Part shown: piece after piece, positions 48,860 to 64,000 of the stretch
Layout of the letters: each line of letters opens with the position of its first letter
Numbering within the stretch: position 1 is the stretch's first letter
Origin: the human T2T-CHM13v2.0 reference genome, Homo sapiens
NCBI GenBank assembly: GCA_009914755.4
Contig: CP068257.2
Coordinates: 35,680,001 to 35,744,000 of the forward strand
Reading direction: 5' to 3'
DNA: 64,000 nt
Notes under the pieces: generated by a model
Told to the model about the DNA's origin: nothing
The model's database searches: none
The model's input: the letters and a program-made list of their open reading frames with translations, nothing else
Made by a program: the position numbers and the translations under genes

Positions 48860-51800
48860 TCCAAATTAAAAAATAAATACAGATACTGCTATTTCTTGAG
48901 TCTATAACTTTAGATAGTTCTAATAATTTTCTCTGATAGTAGGTGATGTTTTTAACTCTTTTTACACCCCATGTCTTTTCACCACATGGTCTCAGAATTA
49001 TTCTATCAAATTTTGTGTTGAGATCCATATTCAATATTTTCATTATTATTACTAAATGATACAGGATCATGTACTGATTAACAAAAAAGCATATAATGAT
49101 TACAGTTCCTTTATTATGACACCTGCTATTTTTTTACTGAATTTAATCATTGCTTTGTTTCTTCAGTTGCTTTGCTTTTATAATCCATTGTTAAGTATTT
49201 CCTCACCTGAAGAAAACAGCTTGGTTAAACTTCACCCAAGGCCATTTTTTCCCCTAAAATCTCTTCCAGTTCCTTTTTTTTTTTTTCCTGAGAACACCTG
49301 GTGTGGAGCTCTCTAACCACCTGCTGTGGTCTGGAGTGCATGCTCACCAGGTTTGCTCCATAATTCCTAACTGGGACTTTCCTCCACCCCTGCCCTGGGA
49401 ATTCCCATTGCATTGCTCCTATGTTGGATCCCCTCTGGCTCTTGGGTTCCATGCTTCCTTGCTTCCCTATCTTACGGCTATCAGCGTTGTGTTGAGAAGT
49501 TGAATTCCATTTCAATTCCTGACTCTTTGCATGTCACCTACTTTTTCTCTCTAAAAATTCTTGGGATATTTTCTTCTATCTGATGTCCTGAAATTACACC
49601 ATGATGTTCTTTGATGTTGGTGTTTTCCATTCAGTGAACTGGACATTGCTTGGAATTTTTCATTTAGAGGGACATGTTCTTCAACTCTGGGAAAATTTAT
49701 GAAATTATTCAATAATTTTCTTCTTTCCATCTTCTCTGGTCTATCTTTCCAGGACTCTTGTCAGTCAGATATCGAGTTTCTATATTGAACTTCTGAGTGT
49801 GTTACTTTTTTTCTCACTATGATCATCTTCCTTTTGCTCTACATTCAGATAGATATATTAAATGTAATCCTTCAGTCCTTTTACTATTTTTAAATTTCTG
49901 CTATCATGTGTATTTATTTGTATTTATAGTCACCATATTTTCAGTTTTCAAGAGTTCCTTCTTTTTTTCTAATCCATTCTATTTTGAGCATTCTATTTTC
50001 ATTTTATGAATATAATATTTCTCTGGTTTTTCTTTTTTTTGTTTTTTATTGAAGTTTAATCTCTATATAATAAAATACACAAACTTTAGGGGTAAAACAT
50101 AATGAATTTATATATAAACATATATTAGATCTATTACATATTATTATGTTTATATATTTGTTAAATATTTTATATATCATATATTTATATAGTTTACATA
50201 TTTATTTGTAATGAATTTTAAATTTTATATCACTAAACATTATTTTATTATATATAATAAGTTATATATTACAAGAAACTAAATCATATATGATGTGACA
50301 TATTTGTATATATGATTTATATTCTTATGTATGATTTATGTTTATATTATTTATAAGTTATATGTATTTATAATATAACATACGTAATTTAAATACACCT
50401 GCATAACCACCAGTCAGATCAAAATAGAAAACTTTTCCAGCATATCAGTAGACTGCCTTGTGCTGCCTTCCTGATCAATTCCCTTCACAAAATAACCACC
50501 ATTGCCACTTCTATTGTATTATTCAATTTTTCCTATTAGCTTTTATATTAGATATTCTTACATATTTTTTCAGTAAGAGAGATCACAGTGTGACCTAATA
50601 ACTTATATAGTCTACTTTGAATTGGTCCTTTTACCACTTACAAACAATGCAAGAATCTAACAACGGCTTAACTCTTTCACTCCTTCCTTAGCTTTGTGAT
50701 ACTGTTGTCACGTATTATACTCCTGCATGTGTTACAGAACACATAGGACAGTGTTATTATTGCTAATTTATATGGAAATAGTCCTTTATATTTTCCCACA
50801 TTACTCTTTTTGGTGCTGTCTGGTGCTTCTTTTAGTAACATATTTCTTTCAGTGATCATTTTACTTCAATTTCCAGAAGTTCCTGTGGTATTTCATTGAG
50901 TACACATTGGATGGCAACAAATTCTCCCAGTTTTTGTTTGTCTGAAAATGATTTAATTTTGCCTTCATTTTTGAAGGATATTTTCACTAGGTATGGAATT
51001 CTATGTTGTCAGTTTCGTTTTCTTTTAGCACTCTAAAGATGCTCTTCCATGATTTTATGGCTTCCATAGTTTTGTTGAAAAATCAGCTGTCAGTCTAATT
51101 GTAGCTTCTTACAGATGTGTTTTTTTACTCTAACAGCTTTTAAGATTTTCTGTCTGTCTTCAGTTTTCAGTAGTCTGGATATAACATTGGTGATTTTTTT
51201 TTAATTTTGCCTAGATTTTGCAAAACCTCTTGAATCTGTAGTTTAACATTCTTCCTTCTCAGACATCATCTCTTCAAATATTGCTTCTGCCCCGTTTTCT
51301 TTCTCCTTTCCATACAGGACTCCAATTTTACATTTGTGAGACCTTTTGCTGTGACTCATAAGTCTCTTATAGCAAGTTTTCTTACTTTTTTCTGAGTGTC
51401 AGTTTGAATAATTTTCTATTAACCTTTCCTCACATTTGCCATTTCTGTCTTTAGCTATGTCTAGTCTTCTGTTAAATTCTTCCCATAAATTCCTAATTTT
51501 CATCATTGTATTTTTCAGTCTATGTTTCTTTTATAGATTTAGATCTATAGGTTGAAGTTTTTATTTAAATTCTCCATTTTTTCATCCATTTTGTCCACCT
51601 TTTCCTCCACTTACTTTTACACAGTATTTAGTTATTTTAAAGTTCTAGTCTGCTTATTCCAATATCTGGATTGTCTGTTGGTCTGCTTCTATTGTCTGTT
51701 TATATTTTTATTTATTATTGGCTATATGGTCTTGTCTCATTGAAAAGTTAACTGTTTTTTAATTATATATTAGGCATTGTACATAAAAGAAGTGTAGAGC

Positions 51801-51900
51801 CTCCAGATGATATTATTTTCCAACAGAGAGGGCTTCATTTTTTCCTATGTGAAGTACACAGGGTGAAGCACTAATCACTTCAATCTAGTTAGAAATTAAA
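48860..51900 (-). mobile_element. Ancient L1 (L1M-type), antisense, ORF2-to-ORF1 region, with an embedded AT-rich block
   Basis: Revcomp-L1M hallmarks: ...CCAGGACTCTTGTCAGTCAGATATCGAGTTTC..., ...CAGAAGTTCCTGTGGTATTTCATTGAGTACACATTGGATGGCAACAAATTCTCCCAGTTTTTGTTTGTCTGAAAATGATTTAATTTTGCCTTCATTTTTGAAGGATATTTTCACTAGGTATGGAATTCTATGTTGTCAGTTTCGTTTTCTTTTAGCACTCTAAAGATGCTCTTCCATGATTTTATGGCTTCCATAGTTTTTGTTGAAAAATCAGCTGTCAGTCTAATTGTAGC...ATTGGTGATTTTTTTTTAATTTTGCCTAGATTTTGCAAAACCTCTTGAATCTGTAGTTTAACATTCTTCC. Confidence 0.8.
50040..50400. repeat. AT-rich low-complexity block inside the old L1
   Basis: ...TATATATAAACATATATTAGATCTATTACATATTATTATGTTTATATATTTGTTAAATATTTTATATATCATATATTTATATAGTTTACATATTTATTTG... 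Confidence 0.8.
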
Positions 51901-51924
51901 GTGGATCAGGGCTAGGCTGCAGTT

Positions 51925-52173
51925 TTTGTTTGTTTGTTTGTTTGTGTTTTTTGAGACAGAGTCTCACTCTGTTGCCCAGGGTGGAGTGCAGTGGCACAAT
52001 CTTGACTCACTGCAAGCTCCACCTCCCAGGTTTGTGCCATTCACGTGCCTCAGCCTCCTGAGTAGCTGGGACTACAGGTGCCTGCCACCACGCCCAGCTA
52101 ATTTTTTGTATTTTTAGTAGAGCCTTGGCCTCCCAGAGTGCTGGGATTGCAGGCGTGAGCCAGCATGCCCGGT
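51925..52173 (-). mobile_element. Alu SINE with ~60 bp internal deletion but perfect 15 bp TSD CTAGGCTGCAGTTTT
   Basis: (GTTT)n TTTTTTGAGACAGAGTCTCACTCTGTTGCCCAGGGTGGAGTGCAGTGGCACAATC...TTTTTAGTAGAG|CCTTGGCCTCCCAGAGTGCTGGGATTGCAGGCGTGAGCCAGCATGCCCGGTC; CTAGGCTGCAGTTTT at both flanks. Confidence 0.93.
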
Positions 52174-52920
52174 CCTAGGCTGCAGTTTTAAGAAGATTCA
52201 ATTCACCTCTGATTCATCTCTGTATCTTGGGTAATCTTCAGCCTGACTTATAGGATTTCATTGGTCTCTCTCAAATGAAAGCATTAAATTAAATTTTTGT
52301 TTTGTGTGTTGGGGACTTGGAGTTGGCACTCAATCAATGTCCTTTCTTCCATACCAAATTATATAGTTTGAAGAGAAATTATGGAGGCCAAAATATTATA
52401 CTTATTAGTGTTAGAAGCCCTGTTGGAGAACAAGGCTTTAAGCTTGCTGAACAAGTTAGCTTGTCTGTATTAAATCTCAAATTAGGCAAACTTTCTTACC
52501 TAGAACCAGATAATGCTAGATGGGATCAAGTCTCCTTATACCGGAGTACTGTGTAGGCATGAGGGCACAGCAGAGAATGTTTGGTTCTACAAGCAACTTC
52601 CTCCCAAGAAGAAGTAGAGCAGAGTTGAGTTGAGCATGCTCAGTTATCTTAAATTTATCAATCAAATTAATGATTCCACCTCCCTTGTATTATGGGGAAA
52701 TTTTTCACTGTAGAAAATAGGAGTGGGAAAAGGTATTCCTCCTCTAACATGCACTGGACTGTGTTCTTGATAGGGCCACAACGCTGAGGCAGAATCACCA
52801 ACCTCATTTGAGTAAATAGTCCCCTTCATGCATTCATTCCCTAGTTAAGAATTAAAGAATGCCTAAAAATTAGTCATCCAAAGGTTTTCTTATTGCCAGT
52901 TCTCCCCACATTCTCTTACA

Positions 52921-53150
52921 CCAAGGGCTGATAAACTGTGACCCATAAGCCACATCTAGCCTGCTCCCTCTTTCTGTAAATAAAGTTGTATTTGGAATGC
53001 AGTCACATCTGCTTGTTTACATACTGTTTATGACTGTTTTTCACACTTCAATGGCAGAGTTGAGTACTTATGACAGGGATTGTATGGCCCTCAAAGCCTA
53101 AAATATTTACTGTCTAGTACTTTACAGATGAAGTTTATCAACCCTTATAT
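52921..53150. mobile_element. Complete ~230 bp MITE-like nonautonomous DNA transposon (CAGGGG...CCCCTG-terminus family)
   Basis: CCAAGGGCTGATAAACTGTGACCCATAAGCCACATCTAGCCTGCTCCCTCTTTCTGTAAATAAAGTTGTATTTGGAATGCAGTCACATCTGCTTGTTTACATACTGTTTATGACTGTTTTTCACACTTCAATGGCAGAGTTGAGTACTTATGACAGGGATTGTATGGCCCTCAAAGCCTAAAATATTTACTGTCTAGTACTTTACAGATGAAGTTTATCAACCCTTAT ~ remembered MITE CAGGGGTCGGCAAACT(ACGGCCC)...GTTTTATTGGAACACAGCCAC...TTTACATATTGTCTATGGCTGCTTTTGCGCTACAACGGCAGAGTTGAGTAGTTGCGACAGAGACCATATGGCCCGCAAAGCCTAAAATATTTACTATCTGGCCCTTTACAGAAAAAGTTTGCCGACCCCTG. Confidence 0.6.
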
Positions 53151-53578
53151 TAGACCATGGCTGGTTTTGTACCAACCTTTTTCTCTCTCTTTCTGAGGCT
53201 TATTTAAAGAAAGAAGGAATAACTGGATAAAAGGCCAGATACCCTCCTCTCTATCTCTAACACACCTAACATTTGAGGATCTCTGAATATTTCTCATAGT
53301 TGTTTCTTTCTGCCTTTTAAACAATAAAGGTTCCAGTCAGAAAAACCAAGGCATGGTATGGATCCGGGAGTTAGAAGGAAACAAGGCTTCCATGATTGAT
53401 ATCAGCTCTGGTTTCCTGCAAAGGACAAAGTCAAGCAAGGTTACCTATCAGTTCTCCATAGCAGGTAGTGGCCAACGGGTCTCAGACAATGCAACCTTGA
53501 GTTCATTGTTTCTCAGGCTTGGCAGTCTCACTTTGGACAAGCGGGATAAGTGCTTATACACACTTTAAGAATATCTCT

Positions 53579-53882
53579 AGCCAGGTGCGGTGGCTCACGC
53601 CTGTAATTCCAGCACTTTGGGAGGCCAAGGAGGGCGGATCACGAGGTCAGGAGATCAAGACCATCCTGGCTAACACGGTGAAACTCCATCTCTACTAAAA
53701 ATACAAAAAAAAATTAGCCAGGCGTGGTGGCGGGCGCCTGTAGTCCCAGCAACTCAGGAGGCTGAGGCAGGAGAATGGCATGGACCCGGGAGGTGGAGCT
53801 TGTGGTGAGCCAAGATCGCACCACTGCACTCCAGCCTGGGCAACAGAGCAAGACTCCGTCTCCCCAAAAAAAGAAAAAAAAA
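53579..53882 (+). mobile_element. AluY-like SINE
   Basis: AGCCAGGTGCGGTGGCTCACGCCTGTAATTCCAGCACTTTGGGAGGCCAAGGAGGGCGGATCACGAGGTCAGGAGATCAAGACCATCCTGGCTAACACGGTGAAACTCCATCTCTACTAAAAATACAAAAAAAAATTAGCCAGGCGTGGTGGCGGGCGCCTGTAGTCCCAGCAACTCAGGAGGCTGAGGCAGGAGAATGGCATGGACCCGGGAGGTGGAGCTTGTGGTGAGCCAAGATCGCACCACTGCACTCCAGCCTGGGCAACAGAGCAAGACTCCGTCTCC. Confidence 0.95.
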
Positions 53883-53889
53883 TTGGTTG

Positions 53890-54740
53890 ATTGAAGTGTT
53901 CTTTTAATTCTAGGGCAGTTTTCTTTAGTTATATCTTTAAATAACTTTTCCTATACTCTCCTCCTCTTATTTCTAGTGAGATGAAGGCTATGTGTATTGA
54001 ATCTTCTTTGTCTTCCATATTTAAAACATATTCTCTCTAATCTTTTAAAATATTTATTCTCATTTATTTATTTTTGCTTTTCTCCTCCAGATCCTCCATA
54101 TGCTTTATTACGTTTTTCAGTGTTTATTCTCCTTTGTGTTACTTCCTATTTGACCTTTATTTCTAGGATTATTTTCTCAGTTTCTCTCCTGGGCTTTCAT
54201 TTCTTTGGTTGCCTGGGCATCTTTCCTGAGCACTTGATCTCTATGTGTGCTTTTTTACTGTGGAGAAAATAGTTTTGTTGGGCTTTTGTAATTCAGTTTT
54301 ATCTATTTGGAATCAATTTTCATCTACTATATCACAATTTCCATCTGTTCCATGACAATATTTTTCTATTTAATGTCCATTATTTGTCATTTTTCTATCA
54401 TTTATTTCTGCCAATATAATTATATAGATTATTTTAATTCATTTTTACAATTATGAGTTTTGCTTAAATAAACTAAATATACTAGGGATAAGCTCATTTC
54501 AGGAAGTTCAGATGGAGGAGAGGTGAGGATTATGTTCCTCACCTATTAGACAATATGTGATGTGCCCTAGTGAGCTTTTTCAGCCTGTATTTCTCCCAGT
54601 TATCAAAGCTCAGCCCTGCATTGTTGTTCATAATACAGAGTTGCTCTGTCCACCACTCCTCTACAAGATGTCTCCTATAAATATGACTTTTCTGTGTGAG
54701 GCTTTATTTGGTAACATATTCCTTGTTCATCAAGAATCTA
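53890..54740 (-). mobile_element. Old L1 fragment, antisense
   Basis: Revcomp-L1-like ...TTTTCTCAGTTTCTCTCCTGGGCTTTCATTTCTTTGGTTGCCTGGGCATCTTTCCTGAGCACTTGATCTCTATGTGTGC... Confidence 0.5.
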
Positions 54741-54748
54741 TGCTTACA

Positions 54749-55376
<628 letters not shown>

Positions 55377-55671
55377 TTAAACTACTTAAATCCCAAAAAG
55401 GTGATGCTGAAAAGCTAATAGAGAAAATACACATGATGAAATTTATACATGTGCTTGATTTACCCAAGAGAAACCACTGAAGAAAAAAGAGACAAAGTAC
55501 AGATTGCATTGCACAGGTAGAAAACAAACGCCAAGACAGAGGTGTAAACTCAGTTATATCAGACATGTAATTAACCCTTCTCCTTTAGGAAAAAAAAAAG
55601 TGCATCTTGCTGCCAGTGTTCATATTTTACATAAACACTCTCTTTGAGGCTGAAGCAAATCTGACTGATTT

Positions 55672-55790
55672 TTTTTCTTTTTGAGACAGAGTCTCGCTCT
55701 GTTGCCCAGGCTGGAGTGTAGTGTTGCGATCTCAGTTCACGGAAACCTTGACCTCTCGGGCTCAAGCGATTCTCCTGCCTCAATCTCCTG
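55672..55790 (-). mobile_element. Alu right-arm fragment
   Basis: TTTTTTTCTTTTTGAGACAGAGTCTCGCTCTGTTGCCCAGGCTGGAGTGTAGTGTTGCGATCTCAGTTCACGGAAACCTTGACCTCTCGGGCTCAAGCGATTCTCCTGCCTCAATCTCCTG; flanks CTGA(C/T)TGATTTT. Confidence 0.85.
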
Positions 55791-55799
55791 CTGATTGAT

Positions 55800-57420
<1,621 letters not shown>

Positions 57421-58205
57421 CATTCCAGATCTATCACAAGCTGGGAGGGTAAGTGACAAAAACTTCAGGCCGTTGATCTGGGATTCCCCCAGATGGGGTT
57501 CAGGGGCCTCTTCCTTCTTACTCCAGAATTTATCACGTTATAGTTTCTTTGACCCATTTGGTCTTCCCTACTGGTCTTGGACGTTTTCAGGACTGGGGTC
57601 CAATCTCAACCATCTTTGCATCCCCAGCACCGATCAGAGTAACTGACACAGTGCAGACACTCAACGAGTGCATGTGGTATAAATGAATAGCTATGCACTT
57701 CACTGCAGGTAACCTGTGACTCAACTGTAGAAAGATTTTACAGGTTATGGGGTTTGAGAGAATGGTGACTGCATCCACGAAGGCACCGTCTAAGACAGCC
57801 GGTTTTGGGAAAAGGTGATCTCTGGTGTGACAAGTTGAGACCTCTGGGCTTTTTGTTCCATTTGTTTTGGTTCTCACTGTCTTGACCTCCTTCTTGGAAA
57901 ACCCTTTAACATGCAAAATTGCGAGTGGCACATGATACTTGCTTTTCTCTCTCCAAGGCAAATAATGTCAGTCCCTTTGGTGATCCAGGGATCAGAAACT
58001 AGACTACGCTCTGATAAGGACATCACCCGTATGATGGAAGGATTAACTCCTGGCCATTCTATTTTAATTTTACTGGCTTAAAAATACTGCAAAAATGGTG
58101 AAGCTGTTGTTCCTTCTATACTTATGTCCCTTTAAAGGGGATGTGTCTTTCTCTTGCTGTTGGAGCTGGTAACTATTAGGGACCTCTGATTAATAGCCCA
58201 GACAA

Positions 58206-58505
58206 GCCAGGTGTGGTGGGGCACGCCTGTAATCCCAGCACTTTGGGAGATAGAAGCAGATGGATCATTTGAAGCCTGGAATTCAAGACCAGCCTGGCCA
58301 ATGCGGTGAAACCCCATCTCTACAAAAAATACAAAATTTAACTGGATGTGGTGATGAGCACCTGTGGTCCCAGCTACTTGGCAGGGTGAGATGGGAGGAT
58401 AGATTGAGCCCAGGAGGTTAAGGCTGCAGTAAGCCATGATCGTGCCACTGCATTCCAGCCGGGGGGGACAAAGCTAAATCCTGTCTCAAATAATAATAAT
58501 AATTT
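58206..58505 (+). mobile_element. Alu SINE (older) with (AAT)n tail
   Basis: AGCCAGGTGTGGTGGGGCACGCCTGTAATCCCAGCACTTTGGGAGATAGAAGCAGATGGATCATTTGAAGCCTGGAATTCAAGACCAGCCTGGCCAATGCGGTGAAACCCCATCTCTACAAAAAATACAAAATTTAACTGGATGTGGTGATGAGCACCTGTGGTCCC... Confidence 0.9.
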
Positions 58506-59519
58506 TAAAAAGCCCAAAGTGAAACATACAGCAAATGTCCTTTGTAATACGGAGTAGAAATCAAGCCATAGGAAGCAGCTGAGAGAAGGTTTAATGAGAT
58601 GGAAGGATGCGAGAGTGCTTTTCAAGTACTTAGGCAAGTAAAGAAGAAAACAAATATTTATTGAGTGCCCACTGGGCTCCTGGTACTCTGAGGCTATTTG
58701 CTACACATATTAATTTCTGAAATGAGAAGTAGGAAGAAGCCTATTTTGTGATATTCTAAAAATTAAGGTCTCAGGTCATTAGGTAAAAATTACAGGGACA
58801 CGGGGTCTATTTTTTCTCCTGATTACCAGTAGTTGATTATACAAAATTTGAAAAACAAGCACAAAGAAGACAAATTATCACCTGTGATTGTACCCTCCAG
58901 AGATAAATGTTACAAAAATTTTTTATTATATACATTGTTTATTATAAAGTTGAAGTCATGCAAAGTATACTAACTGCTGTAATCATTTTTCTCATGTTGT
59001 GAAATATTCTTCATTTTGTGTTCTATTTCCACAAGTCGATGAGCTATATTTTAAAATTGAGGCTCCACCGCTGGACACTTAGGTTGTTTCCAAGGTTTCA
59101 CTTAGTGATGTTATCAACAGGAGTCATACGAGGGTGGGGGCTGGTCTGGGGAAACATACTGGATGAGCAAGTGAGAGAAGAAAACGTGTTTAGCCTGGGA
59201 AAGTCACAGCTTGCTTCAAATGTTTGAAGGTTGTCATTTGAAAGAACAGTGAGACTTGGTCTATGTGGTCTCAAATGGGAAGATTTAGAAACTGGGTGGA
59301 AAGCCTGGGAAGAAGATCCATTCACAGAATGCAAAGGCAAATTTCCTGTAGTTGAGGGTGACCAAAGAAGGTCTGGGCAGCTTTAGGAGGTAGTGAGTTA
59401 CCGGTTGGTGAAGACATTCAAATATAGGCAAAGAAAAATAATAACTTACAGGAATATAATGGGTTAAATGTGTTTACAGCAGAATGACCTGAGTGTTTTG
59501 AGAACACGGAAGATGTTAT

Positions 59520-59824
<305 letters not shown>

Positions 59825-61009
59825 TGAAAGGGGAAAGGGTCTTGGGAAAGGCTTCAAAAGTTAAAATTTGAATCGAATCAAATCCTCTTATTCTTTACAT
59901 CGGGGCCCAATATTTACACAATGATTTATAGTTCACAAAGGATTAAAGACTTCCCTTAAAGGATGAGGAAACAAATTCAGAGAGGGTAAGTACACTACCC
60001 CAGTTCCTGCGGCAAGGAGGTAGTTGAGAATCCCCCATGTTCTCTGTCCCAACAGAGAACTCTTGTTTCCAGTTGCTATTATTATTATTATCAAGCTCAC
60101 CAATCCCTTCTAAAACATCCAGACTTGCAAGACATTGTCTGTGCCCTGCTTCATTACAATAAAATGAAAATGTCTCCAATGACTAATGTGAACAAAATGT
60201 CAGTGTTGTCAGGTAAGTTTTCCTGCATGGAAATTCCATTCCCTTTCTTTCCCACAGCAGCCACTGGATGATTAGAGTTTATGATAGGTAACGATTGGGC
60301 TCCCCTCAACTCCAGCATCTATGTGTGAGTCTATGATGTCTCTGCTTGCCTTCTGCTCAGGGCGGGCCTCCTTCCCTGGTGGTCTGAGACCCGTGAATGA
60401 AGGTACTTCCCACATTAGCCCTATGTCTCACAGATGCCTTCCATTCTGTCAACTCAGGACCCTGGAAAGCTGGGCTTCCATCCTCCACTCTACCTGTGCA
60501 GCTGCAAAGTTCGTAGTCCACGAATGTGTTCCTGTTTCCAGCATCTACCCTGAACCCTGGGCTCCACCCCAGTTCTTCTGGGCTAGACAAGCTAGAAGGA
60601 AATGTGGAGGTCCCCTTTTGGCTACAGGAGTGGGCTGTCACCACCCTCAGGAAACCAGCTCCCTTCTGCCCCTGCTGAGGTGTCCCTTCCCACCCAGCCT
60701 TTCTAGCAAAAGCAAATCAGAAGGTCTCTGTGCCATGACCCACCCCATCCAAAAGGCACCCTCATCCAGCACTCCACTAACGCCACCACAGCCATCTGTG
60801 GGGCTGACAGCCCTCCCACCGAACAGCCCTCCCTATCTTCAGGAAGCCAGCGTCCAAGCTGGGAGCGAGAGGAAGGCCGGATGCAGATGGTCCCTCTTTC
60901 AACTCCAGAGTGAAGTGTAGTTCTCTTGCTTTTAACCATTTCCTGGATTTAATTGCTTGCCTACTCCATCCTGCCCATGCTGTTTTGCAATTCTCTGGTG
61001 ACTCTGTTC

Positions 61010-61290
61010 TTGCAAAAACATTCATTTGGTGATCAGTAGATACCAGGCACTGGGCGAAGCACTGAGAATAAAAATTCCCAGGGAGCTAGGTTTGTACCCC
61101 TGGAGGGTTCCCTTTTCTCCTAGTGCATGGAAGAAGAAACCTACCGTGAAAATACAGTGATAAGTGACTTGACAAGGGAATGAGGCTTTCCTGGAGACAG
61201 CAGAGGAGATGAGAAAGAATGGGTTGTGTTCTGGGAGTGTAAAGTGGTGGACCCTGAGCAGAGAAGGCCTGAGAGGTCAGATCATGAAGG
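61010..61290. mobile_element. Possible ancient SINE/MIR-like relic (low confidence)
   Basis: AAAAACATTCATTTGGTGATCAGTAGATACCAGGCACTGGGCGAAGCACTGAGAATAAAAATTCCCAGGGAGCTAGGTTTGTACCCCTGGAGG... resembles the generic tRNA-SINE head ...TATTTATTGAGCGCCTACTATGTGCCAGGCACTGTGCTAGGCGCTGGGGATACA... Confidence 0.25.
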
Positions 61291-61514
61291 GATTTGGCAC
61301 CAAACTAACATGTAAGAATGTTATCCCCAAAACAAAAGCTTAAAGTCCTCTAAGCTTTTCAGTGGGCAATGATGTGATACCCAACTGTAGAGTCCCATGA
61401 AGCCTTGAGGAACCGGGTGAAGGACAAAGGAGTCCGGGAGGCTGGTGGGAGGCTTGGACTGTTTATTTGACTCTTTTCTGTTCTGTTTGGATGTTTCAAC
61501 CATGTACTTGATTA

Positions 61515-61836
<322 letters not shown>

Positions 61837-61848
61837 AAACAAATGGTC

Positions 61849-62160
61849 ATGGCTAGGTGTGGTGCTTCATGCCTGTAATCTCAACACTTTGGGAGGCTGA
61901 GGTGGGAGGATAGCTTGAGCCTAGGAGTTTGAGACCAGCCTGGGCAACATGGGGAGACCCCCATCTCTACAAAAAAAAATAAAAAAATTAGCTGGACATG
62001 GTGAGGCATACCTGTAGTCCTAGGTACTCACGAGACTGAGGTGAAAGGATTGCTTGAGCCTAGGATGTCGAGGCTGCAGTGAGGCATGCTTGTGCTACTG
62101 TACTCTGGCCTGGGTGACAGAGTAAGATCCTGTCTCAAAAAAAAAAAAAAAAAAAAAACC
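61849..62160 (+). mobile_element. Alu SINE (AluJ-like) with 24-A tail
   Basis: CATGGCTAGGTGTGGTGCTTCATGCCTGTAATCTCAACACTTTGGGAGGCTGAGGTGGGAGGATAGCTTGAGCCTAGGAGTTTGAGACCAGCCTGGGCAACATGGGGAGACCCCCATCTCTAC...A24 then (CCAAA)-rich. Confidence 0.93.
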
Positions 62161-62665
62161 AAAAACCAACCAACCAAACAAAAAACTCCAATCCTAACCA
62201 AACCAAACTAAATCAAACAGTATTTATAATATTCCAGATACGGTGCTTGTGACACAAAGATGAAAATACAGGATGCTTGCCCTAAAAGCACTTCTAGTTT
62301 AGAAACAGACATGGAAATACAATATAACAAAATAGTACTAATGCTATAACAACTATAAACATATTTTGCATTGAATTGAAGCAAAAATAGGAAAAATGTT
62401 GAAAATGATAGCAGTAAGTGTGCAGATCAATAAATACTGTAGAAATATTAAAAGATGTTCACTACATACTTAGATTAAAAAGCCAGGAAAATAAGCCAAA
62501 ACTCTCAGGAACTATTGAGCTAATGAGCCAATGCAGAAAGTTATCTTTGTAGAACTCTGTGCCTCCTGCCTAATTTTAAATTCCATTACTTAATTGTTTT
62601 TCACAGTTTCATTAGGGCATTTTCCTCAACCTGTTAATTTTGAGGAAGCTAATATATACGTATGA

Positions 62666-63014
<349 letters not shown>

Positions 63015-63312
63015 GCAAAATATGATTTCAAGATATTCTGAAACTGTGGAATACACACTTTAATAATTACATATTTACTATTTAAGCTTTATCTTAATGT
63101 CACAAGAAAAGAAAATGTTAATGGCAATTCATAAAATAATATTGGTAAACATGCTTACATGATAAGGAAGGCAATGAATATTGTCCTCTCTCTCTCTCTC
63201 TCTCTTTTTTAATGGCACCATGAGAACCACATCTTGACATAAACAACTTTGTAACCTTAAGATTCTGGGAGAGAGTCCTTGGTTGCAGGTGTCTGGTTAA
63301 GAGGAGGAAGGA

Positions 63313-63610
<298 letters not shown>

Positions 63611-63820
63611 GGGGGGAAGGACAGTGAGAGCAAGAAAGGCGTCGGGCTAGCCCTACTTGGGAGATGGCTAGGAGAATGAAGATGGCCACAGACACATTGA
63701 CTGGGGTGACATTCATGTATCAATCTAACAGCATCCCATGGCCTTCCATTTTTCTTTTTTTTTCTTCCTGTTTCTTTTTACAGTAAAATCTCAAAAAAGA
63801 AATCAATTAAAAAAAAAAAG

Positions 63821-64000
63821 GCTGGGCGTGATGGCACACGCCTGTAATCCCAGCACTTTGGGAGGCTGAGGCAGGCAGATCATGAGGTCAAGAGATCGAG
63901 ACCATCCTGGCCAACATGGGTGAAACCCCGTTTCTACTAAAAATACAAAAATTAGCCGGGCATGATGGCTGGCGCCTGTAGTCCCAGCTACTCGGGAGGC
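63821..64000 (+). mobile_element. AluY-like SINE, truncated by the window edge
   Basis: GGCTGGGCGTGATGGCACACGCCTGTAATCCCAGCACTTTGGGAGGCTGAGGCAGGCAGATCATGAGGTCAAGAGATCGAGACCATCCTGGCCAACATGGGTGAAACCCCGTTTCTACTAAAAATACAAAAATTAGCCGGGCATGATGGCTGGCGCCTGTAGTCCCAGCTACTCGGGAGGC. Confidence 0.95.

Overview
This window is primate (almost certainly human) nuclear DNA dominated by interspersed repeats. It is not a prokaryotic or compact-genome window, so there are no operons, CRISPR arrays or defence-system-like gene clusters to find.

Repeat content, identified by eye against remembered consensus sequences:
- Alu: about 67 copies or fragments, roughly 19 kb, about 30% of the window, in both orientations. 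Most are recognisable from GGCCGGGCGCGGTGGCTCACGCCTGTAATCCCAGCACTTTGGGAGGC...poly-A or its reverse complement TTTTTGAGACGGAGTCTCGCTCTGTCGCCCAGGCTGGAGTGCAGTGG...GGCCGGGC. Several are near-consensus AluY copies with intact target-site duplications (TSDs) and long A tails.
- L1: about 20 kb of L1 fragments of several ages (L1PA-, L1PB/L1MA- and older L1M-like). Many carry Alus and LTRs nested inside them.
- MaLR LTRs: two THE1/MST-type solo LTRs and one MLT1-type LTR.
- DNA-transposon relics: Tigger-like, MER5-like, a GTAGCCACTAGCCACATG-type hAT element, and a short CAGGGG...CCCCTG-type MITE.
- MIR fragments.
- Simple repeats: (GT)n, (CT)n, (TTTA)n, (AAAT)n, and a roughly 860 bp pure A/T tract that opens with a near-perfect hairpin.

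No protein-coding exon, tRNA, rRNA or snRNA gene, or CpG island was identified. The long ORFs in the six-frame track are translations of Alu, L1 or low-complexity sequence. The remaining unique DNA (about 25 to 30%) is CpG-depleted and has no recognisable gene features, so the window is most consistent with an intron or intergenic interval of an Alu-rich region.

All coordinates are approximate (±5 to 15 bp). Family names are recalled from memory without alignment and should be confirmed with RepeatMasker/Dfam.
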